A stretch of 64,000 bases of DNA, taken from assembly GCF_009914755.1 (NCBI RefSeq), contig NC_060947.1, one strand, 5' to 3'. Both the position numbers and the translations under genes were made by a program. The notes under the pieces are model-generated. The model made no database searches and was not told where the DNA came from. It saw only the letters and a list, made by a program, of their open reading frames with translations. The first letter of the stretch is position 1. Every line of letters begins with the position of its first letter. This DNA comes from the human T2T-CHM13v2.0 reference genome, Homo sapiens. Shown here one piece after another: positions 1 to 18,119 of the stretch.

Positions 1-3000
1 ACTCAGCTCAGGATCAAGTGGACCTAATACACATCTACAGAACTCTCCACCCCGAAACAACAGAATAAACATTCTTCTTAGTGCCACATTATACTTATTC
101 TAAAATCGACCACATAATTGGAAGTAAAACACTCCTCAGCAAATGCAGAAGAAATGAAATAATAACAAAGTCTCTCAGACCACAGTGCAATCAAATTAGT
201 AATCAGGATTAAGAAACTCACTCAAAACCGTACAACTATATGCAAGTTGAACAACCCGCTCCTGAACAGTTCCTGGGTAAATAACAAAATTAAGGCAGAA
301 ATCAAGAAATTATTTGAAGCCGAGGAGAACAAAGAGACAACTTACCAGAATCTTTGGGACACAGCTAAAGCAGTGTTAAGAGGGAAATTTACAGCACTAA
401 ATGCCCACATCAGAAAGCTGGAAAATCTCAGTCGACACCCTAATATCACAATTCAAGAAATAGAGAAGTAAGAGGAAACAAATAAAAAAGCTAGCAGAAG
501 ACAAGAAATAACTAAGATCAGAGCAGAACTGAAGGAGATAGAGACACGAAAAACCTTTCAAAATATCAATGAATACAGGAGCTGGTTTTTGAAAAAGTTA
601 ACAAAATGGATAGATCACTAGCTAGACTAATAAAGAAGAAAAGAGAAAAGAATCAAATAGACACAATAAAAAATGATAAAGGGGATATCACCACTGACCC
701 CACAGAAATACTAACTACCATCCGAGAATAGTATGAACAACTCTCTGCAAATAAACTAGAAAATCTAAAAGAAATAGATAAATTCCTGGACACATACACC
801 CTCCCAAGACTAAACCAGGAAGAAGTCAAATCCCTGAATAAACCAATAACAAATCCTGAAATTGAGGCAGTAATTAATAGCCTATCAACTGAGAAAAGCA
901 CAGGACCGGATGTATTCACAGTTGAATTCTACCAGAGGTAGAAAGAGAAACTATTCCAAACAATCAAAAAGGAGGGACTTCTCCCTAACTCATTCTATGA
1001 GACCAGCATCATCCTGATACCAAAACCTGGCAGAGACACAACGAAAAAAAAAGAAAAACTTAGGCCAATATCCTTGATGAGCATCGATGCAAAAATGCTC
1101 AATAAAATACTGGCAAACAGAATCCAGCAGCACATCAAAAAGCTTATCCACCACGATCAAGTCAGCTTCATTCCTGGGATGCAAGGCTGGGTCAACATAT
1201 GCAAATCAATAAATGTAACCAATTACATAAACAGAATCAATGACAAAAACCACGTGATTATCTCAATAGATGCAGAAAAAGCCTTCGATAAAATTCAACA
1301 TCCCTTCAGGTTAAAAACTCTCAATGTACTAGTATTGATGAAATATATCTCAAAATAATAAGAGCTATTTATGACAAATCCATTGCCAATATCATCCTGA
1401 ATGGGCAAAAGCTGGAAATACTCCCTTTGAAAACTGGAACAAGACAAGGATGCCCTCTCTCACCACTCCTATTCAACATAGTATTGGAAGTTCTGGCCAG
1501 GGCAGTCCAGCAAGAGGAGGAAGTAAAGTATATTCAAATAAGAAGACAGGGAGTCAAATTGTCTCTGTTTTCAGATGACATAATTGTATATTTGGAAAAC
1601 CCCATCATCTCAGCCCCAAAACTCCTTAAGCTCATAAGCAACTTCAGCAAAGTCTCAAGATACAAAATCAATGTGCAAAAATCACAAACATTCCTATACA
1701 CCAACAATAGACAAGCAGAGCCAAATCATGGATAAACTCCCATTCACAATTGCTACAAAAATAATAAAATACCTAGGAATACAGCTTACAAGGGATGTAA
1801 AGGACCTCTTCGAGGAGAACTACAAACCACTGCTCAAAGAAATAAGAGAGGACACAAACAAATGGAAAAACACTACATGCTCATGGATAGGAAGAATCAA
1901 TATCATGAAAATGGCCATACTGCCCAAAGTAATTTATAGATTCAATGCTCTTCTCACCAAACTACCCTTGACTTTCTTTGCAAAATTAGAAAAAACTACT
2001 TTAAATTTCATATGGAACCAAGAAAAGAGCCCATATAGCCAAGACAATCCTAAGCAAAAAGAACAAAGCTGGAGGCATCATGCTACCTGACTTCAAACTA
2101 TACTACAAGGCTACAGTAACCAAACGGCATGGTAGTGGTACCAAAACAGACATATCGACCAATAGAACAGAACAGAGACCTCAGAAATAACACCACACAC
2201 CTACAACCATCTGATCTTCGACAAACCTGACAAAAACAAGCAATGGGGAAAAGATTCCTTATGTAATAAATGGTGCTGGGAAAACTGGCTAACCATACCC
2301 AGAAAACTGAAACTGGACCTCTTCCTTACACTTATACAAAAATTAACTCAACATAGATGAAAGACTTAAATGTAAAGCCCCAAACCATAAAACTCTAGAA
2401 GAAAATCTAGGCAATAACATTGAGGACATAGGCATGGACAAAGACTTAATGACAAAAATACCAAAAACAATGTCAACAAAACCTAAAATTGACAAATGGG
2501 ATCTAATTAAACTAAAGATCTTCTGCACAGCAAATGAAACTAGAATCAGAGTGAACAGGCAACCTATAGAATGGGAGAAAATTTTTACAATCTACCCATC
2601 TGACAAAGGACTAATAACCAGAATCTATAAGAAACTTAAACAAATTTACAAGAAAAAAACAAACAACCCCATCAAAAAGTGGGCAAGGGATATGAACAGA
2701 CACTTCTCAGAAGAAGACATTTACGCTGCCAACAGACATATGAAAAAAAGCTCATCATCACTAATCATTAGAGAAATGCAAATCGAAACCACAATGAGAT
2801 ACCATCTGACTCCAGTAAGAATGGCAATTATTAAAAAGTCAGGAAACAATAGATGCTGGCGAGGCTGTGGAGCAATAGCAACGCTTTTACACTGTTAGTG
2901 GGAATGTAAATTAGTTCAACCTTGTGCAAGACAGTGTCATGATTCCTCAAGGATCTAGAACTAGAAATACCATTTGACCCAGCAATCTCATTACTGGGCA

Positions 3001-3520
3001 TACACTCAAAGGATCATAAATTATTCTACTATAAAGATACATTCACATGTTTGTTTATTGCAGCACTATTTACAGTAGCAAAGACATGGAACCAACCCAA
3101 ATGCCCACCAATGATAGACTGGACAAAGAAAACATGGTATGTATACACCATGGAATACTATGCAGCCATAAAGAAGAATGGGCTCATGTCCTTTGCAGAA
3201 ACATGGATGAAGCTGGAAACCATCATCCTCAGCAAACTAACAAACACAGGAACAGAAAACCAAACACAACATGTTCTCACTCACAAGTGGGAGTTGAACA
3301 TTGAGAACACACGGACACAGGGAGGGAAACAACACATACCGGGGCCTGTTGTAGGGTGGTGGGCAAGTAGAGGTAGAGCATTAGGGTAAATACCTAATAC
3401 ATGCAGGACTCAAAACCTAGATGACAGGTTGATAGGTGCAGTAAGCTATCATGGCGTATGCAATAAGCCAGTACATTCTGCACATGTATCACAGAACTTA
3501 AAGTAAATTTTTAAAAAAAA
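1..3520 (+). mobile_element. LINE-1 (older L1PA, ~L1PA8-10-like), ORF2 through 3'UTR; 5' part lies outside the window; degenerate
   Basis: ORF-track fragments are L1 ORF2p ([32 protein letters not shown] motif, C-terminal NNRCWRGC) split by frameshifts and stops; L1 3'UTR and A-tail at ~3513-3520. Confidence 0.95.
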
Positions 3521-5665
3521 TCTAGGAACTTTTGGGCAGTTCTGTCAGTTTTTGCTTTATATATTTTGATGGTCTGTCACTAGATGCATGCATGCTTATA
3601 CTTGTTATATATTCTTGCTGTATTTTACCATTTGTTAATATATAATGTTCTTCTTTGTCTCTTGGAAACTTCTTTGAATTAATAATTATCTTCCTCTAAT
3701 ATTAATATAGCTATCCCTCCTCTCTTTGGTTACTGCTTCCATGGAACATCTTTTTTCACCTTTTCTCTTTCAATTTCTAAGTGCTTTTAGATCTAAAATG
3801 AGACTTTTGTTGAAAGCATGTAGTTGGATCATTTGCTTTTATTCATTCTGCTCATCTTTGTCTTTTGATTGGACAGTTTAATCCACTTACATTTGAAGGG
3901 ATTACTGATAAATGGGGGACTTACTTCTGCTCTTTTTCCATATGTTTTCTGTGTACCTTTTGCCTTTTTTCCCCCTCATTTCCTGCAACGTTGTCTTCCT
4001 TCCCTTTCCTTTTCTTTTCTCGTCTCTTTCTGGAACTCCCAGAACATACATGTTAGCCTGATTCATTGTTCCACAGGTGCCTTAGGCTCAATTCACTTTT
4101 CCTTAATACTTTTTCTTTTGTCCCTCAGACTCAATAATTTTCATTGCTCTAACTTTGTGCATATTGATTCTTCTGCATGTTCAAATCTGTCTTTGAATCT
4201 CTCTAGTGAACTTTTCAAAGTTCAAAAGTTATTGTATTTTTAGCACTAAAATTTCTTTTGGGTTTCTTTTTAGATTTTCCATCTCTTTATTGATATTTCC
4301 ATTTTGTTCATATATCATTTTCTTGACTTTCTCTACATTTTTGTTTCGTTCTTTGAGCACCTTTAAGACAGTTGTTTTAAACTCTTTGTCTAGTAGATCT
4401 TTTATCAGGTTTTTTCGTAGGCTGTTCCTGTTGATTTTTTCCCTTTGGATGGGCCATAATTCCCTGTTTCTTTGTGTGCATTGTAAATTTTGCTTCATAA
4501 ATGGACACTTGAGTCTAATAATATTGCAACTCTGGAAATCAGATTCTTTCTCCTCTCCAGGGTACACTGCTTTTTAAAATTTAATTATTGTTTTTTTTCT
4601 TCTATTTTATTCTCTTTTAATTATTTTAGGCTGTCTCTGTGTCAAGGATCATCCTGAAGTGTAAACTTTATGGTCATCTCATGATGTTTTTTATGACTCT
4701 TGGCATATGTGGTCATTTTCTAGTTTTCTCTGTTTATGCAGTTTCATATAGTTTGGATATTTGTCCTTGCCTGAATCTCATGTTGAAATGTGATCACCAA
4801 TGTTGGAGACGGTTCCTGGGGAAGGTGCTTGGGACAAGGGGGTGGATCTTTCATGGCTTGGTGCTGTCCTCACAGTAGTGAGTGACTTTTCATGAGATCT
4901 GGCTGTTTAAACGTGTGTGGTACCTCCCCTCCCCTGCTTTCACCATTTGATGTGTCTGCTCCTGATTTGCTCTCTGCCATGAGTAAAAGCTCCCTGAAGC
5001 CTCCCGAGAAGCTGAGCAGATTCTGGGGCTATGCTTCCTATGTAGCCTGCAGAACCATGAGCCAATTAAACCTCTTTTCTTTATGACTTACCCAGACTCA
5101 GGTATTTCTTTATAGCAATGCTGTAATGGACTAAACACATAGTTGCTCTCAGATGTTCTAGCCTTTAATGACTACCTCCCAAAAGAAGAAGAGAAAAGCA
5201 AATTAAATAAAAAGAGCACTTGTCCTTAAACACTCTGAAAGTTACTTTAACAGGAGGCAGAGGGGCTTGCAAATATGGGTAAAGGTACACAAAAAATGGC
5301 CACCAACCTCTTTGTCTGTACTTCTGTGATCAGAAGCATCAATCAGAAATCAAAGTATAGATCCCTCAATATTTGGAGGATGGTGTCCTTTTTGTCAGCC
5401 TGAAACCAATGTATAGGTTGATCCAGGAACATGTGCATATCTGGGCCTATGGATGGGGGATGTGTAGTTGCTAATTTTCCAAGAGGTACAATTGTCCAAA
5501 ATTAACCACAATTTACTGTCCAAGTCTTACTCTAGAAGCCTTGAATAAACTCTAGCATTCCAAAATAGTTACACCAAACAGATTCTGTCAGTGCAATTGT
5601 TGTATAGGTGAATAGATGGATTTCTGTTGCTTCTTATTCTACCATTTTCCCAGAATCCTCTCTGG
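3521..5665 (-). mobile_element. Old L1M 5' portion (5'UTR, ORF1 remnant, start of ORF2), interrupted by an MST LTR
   Basis: Minus ORF 4229-4567 resembles L1M ORF1p (LLDKEFKTTVLKVLKE...EQNGNINKEMENLKRN); antisense endonuclease-like sequence at 3540-3900. Confidence 0.75.
4744..5139 (+). mobile_element. MaLR solo LTR (MSTB-like)
   Basis: Starts TCATATAGTTTGGATATTTGTCC, ends TTTATAGCAATG...GGACTAAACACA; imperfect 5-bp TSD CAGTT/TAGTT. Confidence 0.85.
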
Positions 5666-5669
5666 TCTT

Positions 5670-7371
5670 AGTTTGCAACAGATGTTTTTATTGAGTGTAG
5701 AATTCTAGATAGATAACCTTCTTCAAATTTTAGTATTTTAAAGTTATTGCTACACTTTTTTCTAATTTACTTTTTTTTTTTCCAAGGAAGTGTTGGAATC
5801 ATTATCTTTCTTCCTCTGTATATAACATGTCTTTTTTTCTTCTGGCTATTTGAAAAGTTTTTTCTTGAAAATGGTTTTCAGCAATTTTATTAGGATACGG
5901 TCTGGTCATTTTTTAAATGTTTTGTGCTTGGGGTTTGTTTAATATCTTGAATCCAGAGAAGTCTAGTTTTCTTTAAAATTGGAATAAAACTGACCGTTAT
6001 TATTTAAATATTTTTCTGTCTCTATTCCCAGATATTCTAATTTCATGTGTAAGAGACTGCTTGAAATTGTTCAACTTGAAGTTGTCCTGCTTGAAATTGT
6101 CCTAGCATTCACTGATGCTTTAATATTTTCCAAAATAAGTATTCTTTCTCTGATTGCTTCAGTGTGGGTTGTTTCTGCTGTTATTTACTAATCATTTTAT
6201 TATTATTATTATACTTTAAATTCTGGGGTACATGTGCAGAATGTGAAGGTTTGTTACATAGGTATATACGTGCCATGGTGGTTTGCTGCACCCATCAACC
6301 CATCATCTACATTAGGTATTTCTCCTAATGATTCCCCTCTCCTAGCACCCCAGCCCCGACAGGCCCCAGTGTTTGGTTTTCTGTCCTTGTGATAGTTTGC
6401 TTAGAATAATGGTTTCCAGATTCATCCATGTCCCTGCAAAGGACATTATCTCATCCTTTTTATGGCTGCATAGTATTCCATGGTGTATATGTGCCACATT
6501 TTCTTCATCCAGTCTATCATTGATCGGTATTTGGGTTGGTTCCAAGTCTTTGCTATTGTGAACAGTGCCGCAATAAACATATGCATGCATGTGTCTTTAA
6601 AGTAGCATGATTTATAATCCTTTGGGTATATACCCAGTAATGGGATGGCTGGGTCAAATGGTATTTCTAGTTCTAGATCCTTGAGGAATTGTCACACTGT
6701 CTTCCACAATGGTTGAACTAATTTACACTCCCACCAACAGTGTAAAAGAGTTCCTGTTTCTCCACATCCTCTCCAGCACCTGTTGTTTCCTGACATTTTA
6801 ATGATCGCCATTCTAACTGGAGTGAGATGGTATCTCATTGTGGTTTTGATTTGCATTTCTCTAATGATTAGTGATGATGAGCTTTTGTTTATATGTTTGT
6901 TGGCTGCATAAATGTCTTCTTTTGAGAAGTGTCTGTTCATATCCTTTGCCCAATTTTTGCTGGGGTTGTTTTTTTCTTGTAAATTTATTTAAGTTCTTTG
7001 TAGATTCTGGATATTAGCCCTTTGTCAGATAGATAGATTGCAAAAATTTTCTCCCATTCTGGAGGTTGTCTGTTCACTCTGATGATAGTTTCTTTTGCTA
7101 TGCAGAAGCTCTTGGGTTTAGTTAGATCCCTTTTATCAATTTTGGCTTTTGTTGCCATTGCTTTTGGTGTTTTAGTCATGAAGTCTTTGCCCGTGCCTAT
7201 GTCCTGAATGATATTGCCTAGGTTTTCTTACTAATCATTTTTACTACAATGTCTAATTTGGCATTACTCTCACTGAGTGTATATTTAATCTCCGACACTG
7301 TTGTTTTCCTTGGTAGAATTTTATTTGAGACTTTTAAAATATCTTCTCCATTTCTGCTTAACATACTTAAT
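5670..7371 (-). mobile_element. Old L1M (L1MD/ME-type) ORF1-region fragment, left part; interrupted by L1PA at 6199-7227 and resuming at 15203
   Basis: T-rich antisense L1M ORF1-like sequence; 7330-7371 reads on contiguously into 15203-15410. Confidence 0.7.
6199..7227 (-). mobile_element. 5'-truncated L1PA (~1 kb 3' end)
   Basis: ORF2 C-terminus on minus strand (6692-6940); 14-bp TSD TTACTAATCATTTT at 6185-6198 and 7228-7241. Confidence 0.95.
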
Positions 7372-7798
7372 CTTTTTGGTTTTTTTCGTTTAATTTTATA
7401 TTTATGGATAAACTTAATTTTTTATGTTTTCCAATTTTCTTCCACAAGCTCCCAATAATTTTATAATCAAAATAACATTGAAATAAATTAAAATAAAACA
7501 ATTCAGCTGGTGTATGTCACAAAATATATATGTTGTCACATCATCTTTGTGTCCTGTGCACTTTTGTTCAAAGCCACTAGAGGAGGGCTTAAGATGCATT
7601 CCATGTTTACACTTCATCATTACACCCTAGAGCAGATTGTAACAGACCTTCAGTATTAGGTGGAATTTGATTTCCCCTTGCAGAATTGCTGTTTGCTTTC
7701 CATCATTTAACTTAAAATTTAACAAATGAGCATTATGACAGGAGCAGAGTGAAATTTTTCAGAGTAATGTATACACTGGGGTTTAATGAAATATATTA

Positions 7799-12033
<4,235 letters not shown>

Positions 12034-12309
12034 TAAAATGTATATAGAGTGAAGCTTACTTTTGGAGTTACATGTGTAAAAGCCTGAGTTTTAGAGTGAC
12101 TTTATTATGTTTTCCGAAGAAATAATGCATTTTGAACTATACTCAACCAGTTTCATCTACCCTGTCAGCTGGTTAGATGCATTAGCTTATAAAAGAATAA
12201 CTTTGGGAATGGCTATGGCTGATGATATTATATACCATTGTATTTTTCGCTCTTATCTTAGAAGCTCCCTTTCTATAAATCTTAACTTGTCCACTGCTTA
12301 ACCTGTGAC

Positions 12310-12425
12310 AAGCAGAGGCAAAACCTGGGCCTCAGGTCATGGCTTCCAATTAGTTCTATAATTCTACACAAACCATTTTACCTCACTGGGCCTCTGTTAA
12401 TTTTTCATTTGCAAAAAAAGGAAAT
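12310..12425 (+). mobile_element. Possible MIR fragment inside the transduced segment
   Basis: ACCTGGGCCTCAGGTCATGGCTTCC...TTTACCTCACTGGGCCTCTG...CATTTGCAAAA resembles the MIR core. Confidence 0.45.
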
Positions 12426-12859
12426 CCTCAAAATCTTAGCGGGTGACTCAGTGCCTCTTTTTTAAAATTTTTTTAAATATTATTTTTATTTCAATAACTT
12501 TGGGATACAAGTGTTTTTTGGTTAAATGGATGCATTATATAGTGGTGAATTCTGAGATTTTAGTCACCCATCAATGGAACAGTGTACATTGTACCCAATA
12601 TGTCGCTTTTTATTCCACACCCCCCTCCCACCTTCCCTCTTCTGATACTACAAAGTACATTATATCACTCTGTATGCCTTTGTGTACTCACAGTTTAACT
12701 CCCACTTATAAGTGAGAACATATGGTATTTGATTTTCCATTCCTGAGTTACTTCACTTAAAATAATGGCCTCTAGCTCCATTCAAGTAGCTGCAAAAGAC
12801 ATTATTTTGTTTCTTTTTATGGCTGAGTAGTAGTCCATGGTGTATATATACCACGTTTC

Positions 12860-12941
12860 CTTTTCTTTTCTTTTCTTTTCTTTTCTTTTCTTTTCTTTTC
12901 TTTTCTTTTCTTTTCTTTTCTTTTCTTTTCTTTTCTTTTTT
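12860..12941. repeat. (CTTTT)n pentanucleotide microsatellite, ~16 units
   Basis: Directly visible pure repeat derived from the Alu tail. Confidence 0.97.
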
Positions 12942-13220
12942 GAGATGGAGTCTTGCTCTGTCACCAGGCTGGAGTGCAGTGGCACGATCTGGGCTCACTG
13001 CAACCTCCGCCTTCGGGTTCAAGGAAATCACCTGCCTCAGCCTCCCAAGTAGCTGGGACTACAGGCACGTGCCACCACACCCAGATAATTTTTGTATTTT
13101 TAATAGAGACAGGGTTTCACCATGTTGGCCAGGATGGTCTCGATCTCTTGACCTCATGATCTGCCTGCCTCAGTCTCCCAAAGTGCTGGGATTACAGGAA
13201 TGAGCCACCATGCCCGGACC
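12860..13220 (-). mobile_element. Alu (AluSc-like) with (CTTTT)n tail, inserted in L1PB
   Basis: CTGTCACCAGG and GGATGGTCTCGATCTCTTGACCTCATGATC diagnostics; degenerate TSD ATACCACGTTTCCTT/ATAACACATTTTCTT. Confidence 0.95.
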
Positions 13221-15202
13221 ATAACACATTTTCTTGTCAATAGGCATTTAGGTTGGTTCTATAACTTTGCAATTGTGAATTGGACTGTAATAAGCTTACA
13301 TGTGCATGTGTCTTTTTCACATAATGACTTATTTTCCTTCTGGTAGATACCCAGTAGTGGGATTGCTGGATCGAATGGTAGACCTACTTTTAGTTCTTTG
13401 AGTAATCTCCATACTGTTTACCATAGAGGTTATACTAAAATACATTCATACATTCCCACTAGCTGTGTTTAAGCATTTCCTTTTAAACATTCATGCCAAC
13501 ATCTATTGTTTTTTTTTGTTTTTTTTTTACTTTTAATTATGGCCATTCTTGCAGAGGTAAGATGGTATTTCATTGTGGTTTTAAATTGCATTTCCCTGAT
13601 GATTAGCGATGTTGAGCATTTATTTCATGTCTGTTGGCCATTTATGTATCTTCTTTTGAGAAATACGTTCATATGATTGGCCAACTTTCTGATGGAATTA
13701 TTTAGATTTTTTCTTGCTGATTTGTTGGAGTTCTTTGTAGATTCTGGATACCAGTCCTTTGATGGATTTATAGTGTGGAAATGTTTCCTCCCATTCCATT
13801 GGTTGTCTATTTACTCAGCTAATTATTTCTTTTCTTGTGCAGAAGGTTTTTAATTTAGGCGGGTCCCATTTGTTTATTTATTTTTGTTTTTGTTGCATTT
13901 ACTTTTGGGATCTTAGTCATGATAATGGGGTTTTAGTCATGAATTCTTTGCCTAGGCCAAGGTCCAGAAGAGTTTTTCCAATGTTATTTTCTAGAATTCT
14001 TATGGTTTCCGGTCTTACATTTAAGTCTTCGATCCATCTTGAGTTAATTTTTGCATAAGGTGAGAGATGAGGATCCAGTTTCACTCTTCTATATGTGGCT
14101 TGTCAGTTTTCCCAGCAACATTTATTAAATAGGATGTCCTTTCACCAATATATGTTTTCGTATGCTTTATCAAAGATTACGTAGTTGGCTGTACATATTT
14201 GGAACTATTTCTGAATATTCTGTTCCATTGGTCTATGTACCTACTTTTATATCAATACCATGCTGTCTTGATAACTATTGCCTTGTGTTACAACTTGAAG
14301 TTTGGTAATGCAATGCCTCCAGATTTGTTCTTTTTGCTATGGCTAAAGAATAAGTCTTTAGGTATTCAAACTATTTTTTGGTTTAATATGAATTTTGTGA
14401 TTGTTTTTTGAATTATTGGAAAAATGTTGTTGGTGTTTTAATGGGAATCGCATTGAATCTGTAGATTGCCTTGGGCAGTATGGTTATTTTCACAATATTG
14501 ATTCTTCCAATCCATGAACATAGGATGTGTTTCCATTTGTTTGTGTCATCTGTGATTTCCTTTATCAGTCCTTCATCTCCTTGGTTAAGTTTGTTTCTAG
14601 GTATTTAATTTTTTTCAGCTTTTGTAAAAGGAATTAAGTTCTCGATTTGTTTCTGAGCTTGGTCATTAGTTTGTATTAATGCCACTAATTTGTGCACATT
14701 GATTTTGTAAATTGAAACTTTACTGAATTCATTTATCAGATCTAAGAGTCTTTTAGATGAATCTTTAGAGTTTTCTAGGTATTTGATCATATAATCAGTG
14801 AACAGTGACAGTTTGACTTCCTCTTTTTCTAGGTACATGATCATATCGTCAGTGAACAGTGATAGTTTGACTTCCTTTTTTCCAATTTGGATGCCCTTTA
14901 TTTCTTCCTTTTGCCTGATTGCTTTGGCTAGGACTTCCAGTATTATGATGAATAGAGATGGTAAAAGTGGGCATCCTTGTCTTTTTGCAGTTACCAAGGG
15001 TAATGCTTTCAGCTTTTCCCCATTCAGTGTGATATTGGCTCTGGGTTTGCCATATATGGACTTTATTAATTTGAGATAGTCCCTTCACCTAGTTTGTTGA
15101 GGGTCTTTTATCATAAAGGGATGCTAGGTTTTATCAAATATTCTTGCTGCATCTATTGAATTGGTCATTTGGTTTTTAATTCTATTTATTAATATACTTA
15201 AT

Positions 15203-16095
15203 TTTCATTAGACTTTCTTAAAAATATGGAACACAATTATTAAAACTATTTTAATGCCCTGATTTACTAATTCTATTACTGAACCCATTCTGGGTCAATT
15301 TCAATTGATTTGCTATTTCTCATTATTATGGTTTATATTTGATTCTTTGCATACCTAAAAATCTTTGATTGGATATCGGACATTGTGACTTTTACATTTG
15401 TAGGTGTTAGATATTTTTACATACCTATGAATATCCTCCAGTTTTGTTCTGTGATGCAGTTAAGTTCCTTTAAAAAACAGTTTGTTACATTGGGGTCTTC
15501 CTTTTCAGTTTACTAGGATAGATGATAGTAACATTTAATCTACAGCTAGGTTTACCCACTACAGGGTCAAAACCCTTTATGAACACTCTACTTATTGACA
15601 TGTGAATCTTGTGGGTTTTTAATGACTAGCTATTTAAACCAGGAAGTATTCTTGACCTTGTGTGGGTTCTCAAAATTGTCCTAATACTTCTATGTGATTG
15701 CTTGACTAGACTCTGGGAATTTCTCTGTATGCATACTCAAGGGGCCTTCTGCAGATATCCAGAACTCTCCTCCACTGTTGCTATCTCATTCCTGGAATTC
15801 TGTTCTGCAAACTCTAGTTTCTTTTCTTCCTCAAATACTAATTGTTTCTCCATAATTTACAGAGATCACTAGTTTCTGTGAATTTCACCTCCTTGCTCTG
15901 TGATCTAAAGGCTTTCTTCAGGCAGTAAATCAACCATTCTTAGGAAATGCCTCATTTTTGCCACATTTGTTAGGTATACCACTTTCCGTTACTGATGTCC
16001 AATGACTGAAAATTGTTGTTTGATATATTTTGTAATGTTATAGTCATTTTGGTTGGGAGAGAAAATCCAATCCCTATTACTTCATCTTGGTTAGA
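15203..16095 (-). mobile_element. Old L1M ORF1/5' fragment, right part (continuation of 5670-7371)
   Basis: Antisense L1M ORF1-like text (AATATGGAACACAATTATTAAAACTATTTTAATG...GATTGGATATCGGACATTGTGA). Confidence 0.7.
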
Positions 16096-16529
16096 ATTGA
16101 AAGCACTAAGCAACATATAATGGTATTATATCTTAGTAAACAATGTTTCAAGGTTTAGAAATACAGTAAACGTAAAGTTAGAATGATATTTGTTTACCAG
16201 GAATTTAATATTTTGAAAGAGTACTTAATATGTTTATAGAACTTCTGAATTACCGTTTGTTTTTGTTTGTTTGTTTGTTTTTTCAGGGGATTCAGGCAGT
16301 TGAATTCATTAGAAAATATCTAGGAACAAAATAAAATTAAAATATAAAAGTCTAAAATCTAGGATGAAAATTAACTACTCTATATCACAATCATGAAAAA
16401 CCTTTACAATTTTTCACCTCATCTAACAACAAATATAGTCATTTTAAATAAATTCGTAAAAATTGTACTTTGAGTCTTATGAATCAATCTTTAGAGATTA
16501 TTAATTATGCAAATTCACAGTTCAAGCTC

Positions 16530-16605
16530 ATGTTGTGAACTGGATTCTAAATCTACATTTTTATGAACTGTCCCAAGTGATGATGATGCAGGTAGTTTGG
16601 GGTCC
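16530..16605. mobile_element. MER5-type hAT fossil fragment
   Basis: AAATCTACATTTTTATGAACTGTCCCAAGTGATGATGATGCAGG resembles the MER5 core. Confidence 0.45.
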
Positions 16606-16645
16606 TCTGTGTCTTTGCTTCTGAATTTAATAACCCCCAACTTAA

Positions 16646-17110
<465 letters not shown>

Positions 17111-17458
17111 AATATTCACTTTTCTATTTGTCACTTTAGTATCCCTTCTCCAAATATCAGCTGCTTATGTATAATTCATTCATCAAGCTAGTCATAGCAT
17201 TTAAAATTATTTTCCTGAAAAAAATTTCTCCATTCTATCAGATTATAGTATTTAAAACTGGTTTCCAAACAAATTTGTACAGTATGTTCTAAAAAGAGAG
17301 GTTTAGTTAAAAACATTAAAAAGAAGCAAAGCATAATCAGAAAAGGCATAGTACAAAAAAAAATGGAAAATATATTTAAAAAATCAGTTTAAAGTCTTAA
17401 GTAAAGTTGTTTTTCCCTGTTAATAAAATATAATATTAACTATAAGATACTCCAATTT

Positions 17459-17770
17459 GGCCGGGCGCAGTGGCTCATGTCTGTAATCCCAGCACTTTGG
17501 GAGACCGAGGTGGGCGGATCACGAGGTCAGGAGATCAAGACCATCCTGGCTAACACGGTGAAACCCCGTCTCTACTAAAAATACAAAAAAATTAGCCGGG
17601 TGTGGTGGCGGGCACCTGTAGTCCCAGCTACTCAGGAGGCTGAGGCAGGAGAATGGCGTGAACCCTGGAGGCGGAGCTTGCAGTGAGCCGAGATCGTGAT
17701 ACTGCACTCCAACCAGGGCGACAGAGTGAGAGACACTCCGTCTCAAAAAAAAAAAAAAAAAAAAAAAAAA
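17459..17770 (+). mobile_element. AluY
   Basis: Y diagnostics (ACCATCCTGGCTAACACGG, GAATGGCGTGAACC, GGAGCTTGCAG); A26 tail; TSD CTCCAATTT. Confidence 0.97.
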
Positions 17771-18119
17771 CCTCCAATTTATAAATCCAGATTTTTCAGA
17801 ATCACAGTTATTTTTCTTTAAAACAGATTGTGTAAGCATAATGCTACACTTGGTTCACTTTTATTTCAACAGCTAATGCTGGAGAAGGGCTACTAAGAAG
17901 GCTCAAAGTACAGTTGCTTTTGACTAACATTCTATAACAATTCTGCAAAAAATCCAAGAATAAGTACTGTTCATTTGGGCTCCAATAGCATTTAAGATAT
18001 ACGAAATCTTTGATTATTAAAATGGAATGTTTCTTCTTATTCTCAAGTACCAGATGTAAGTGTACCAGGGTAAGAGGTGAAAATTTAAGGCAGGGACTCT
18101 GAAATTGGGTTTGGGAAGT

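Larger units (their letters stand above)
12458..15189 (-). mobile_element. 5'-truncated L1PB (L1PB3-like), 3' half of ORF2 and 3'UTR
   Basis: L1PB-type 3' end (antisense TTTATTTCAATAACTTTGGGATACAAG...GTGGTGAATTCTGAGATTTTAGT); ORF 14605-14997 has RQGCPL and FTDD motifs. Confidence 0.9.

Noticed and set aside
7372-7787. Possible independent processed-pseudogene 3'UTR on the minus strand
   Set aside because: No recognisable CDS and no TSD of its own; the enclosing TSD pairs with the L1PB 5' end, which favours a 3' transduction.
12753-13031. Lysine-rich (KEKKR)n ORFs
   Set aside because: Translation artefact of the (AAAAG)n Alu-tail microsatellite.
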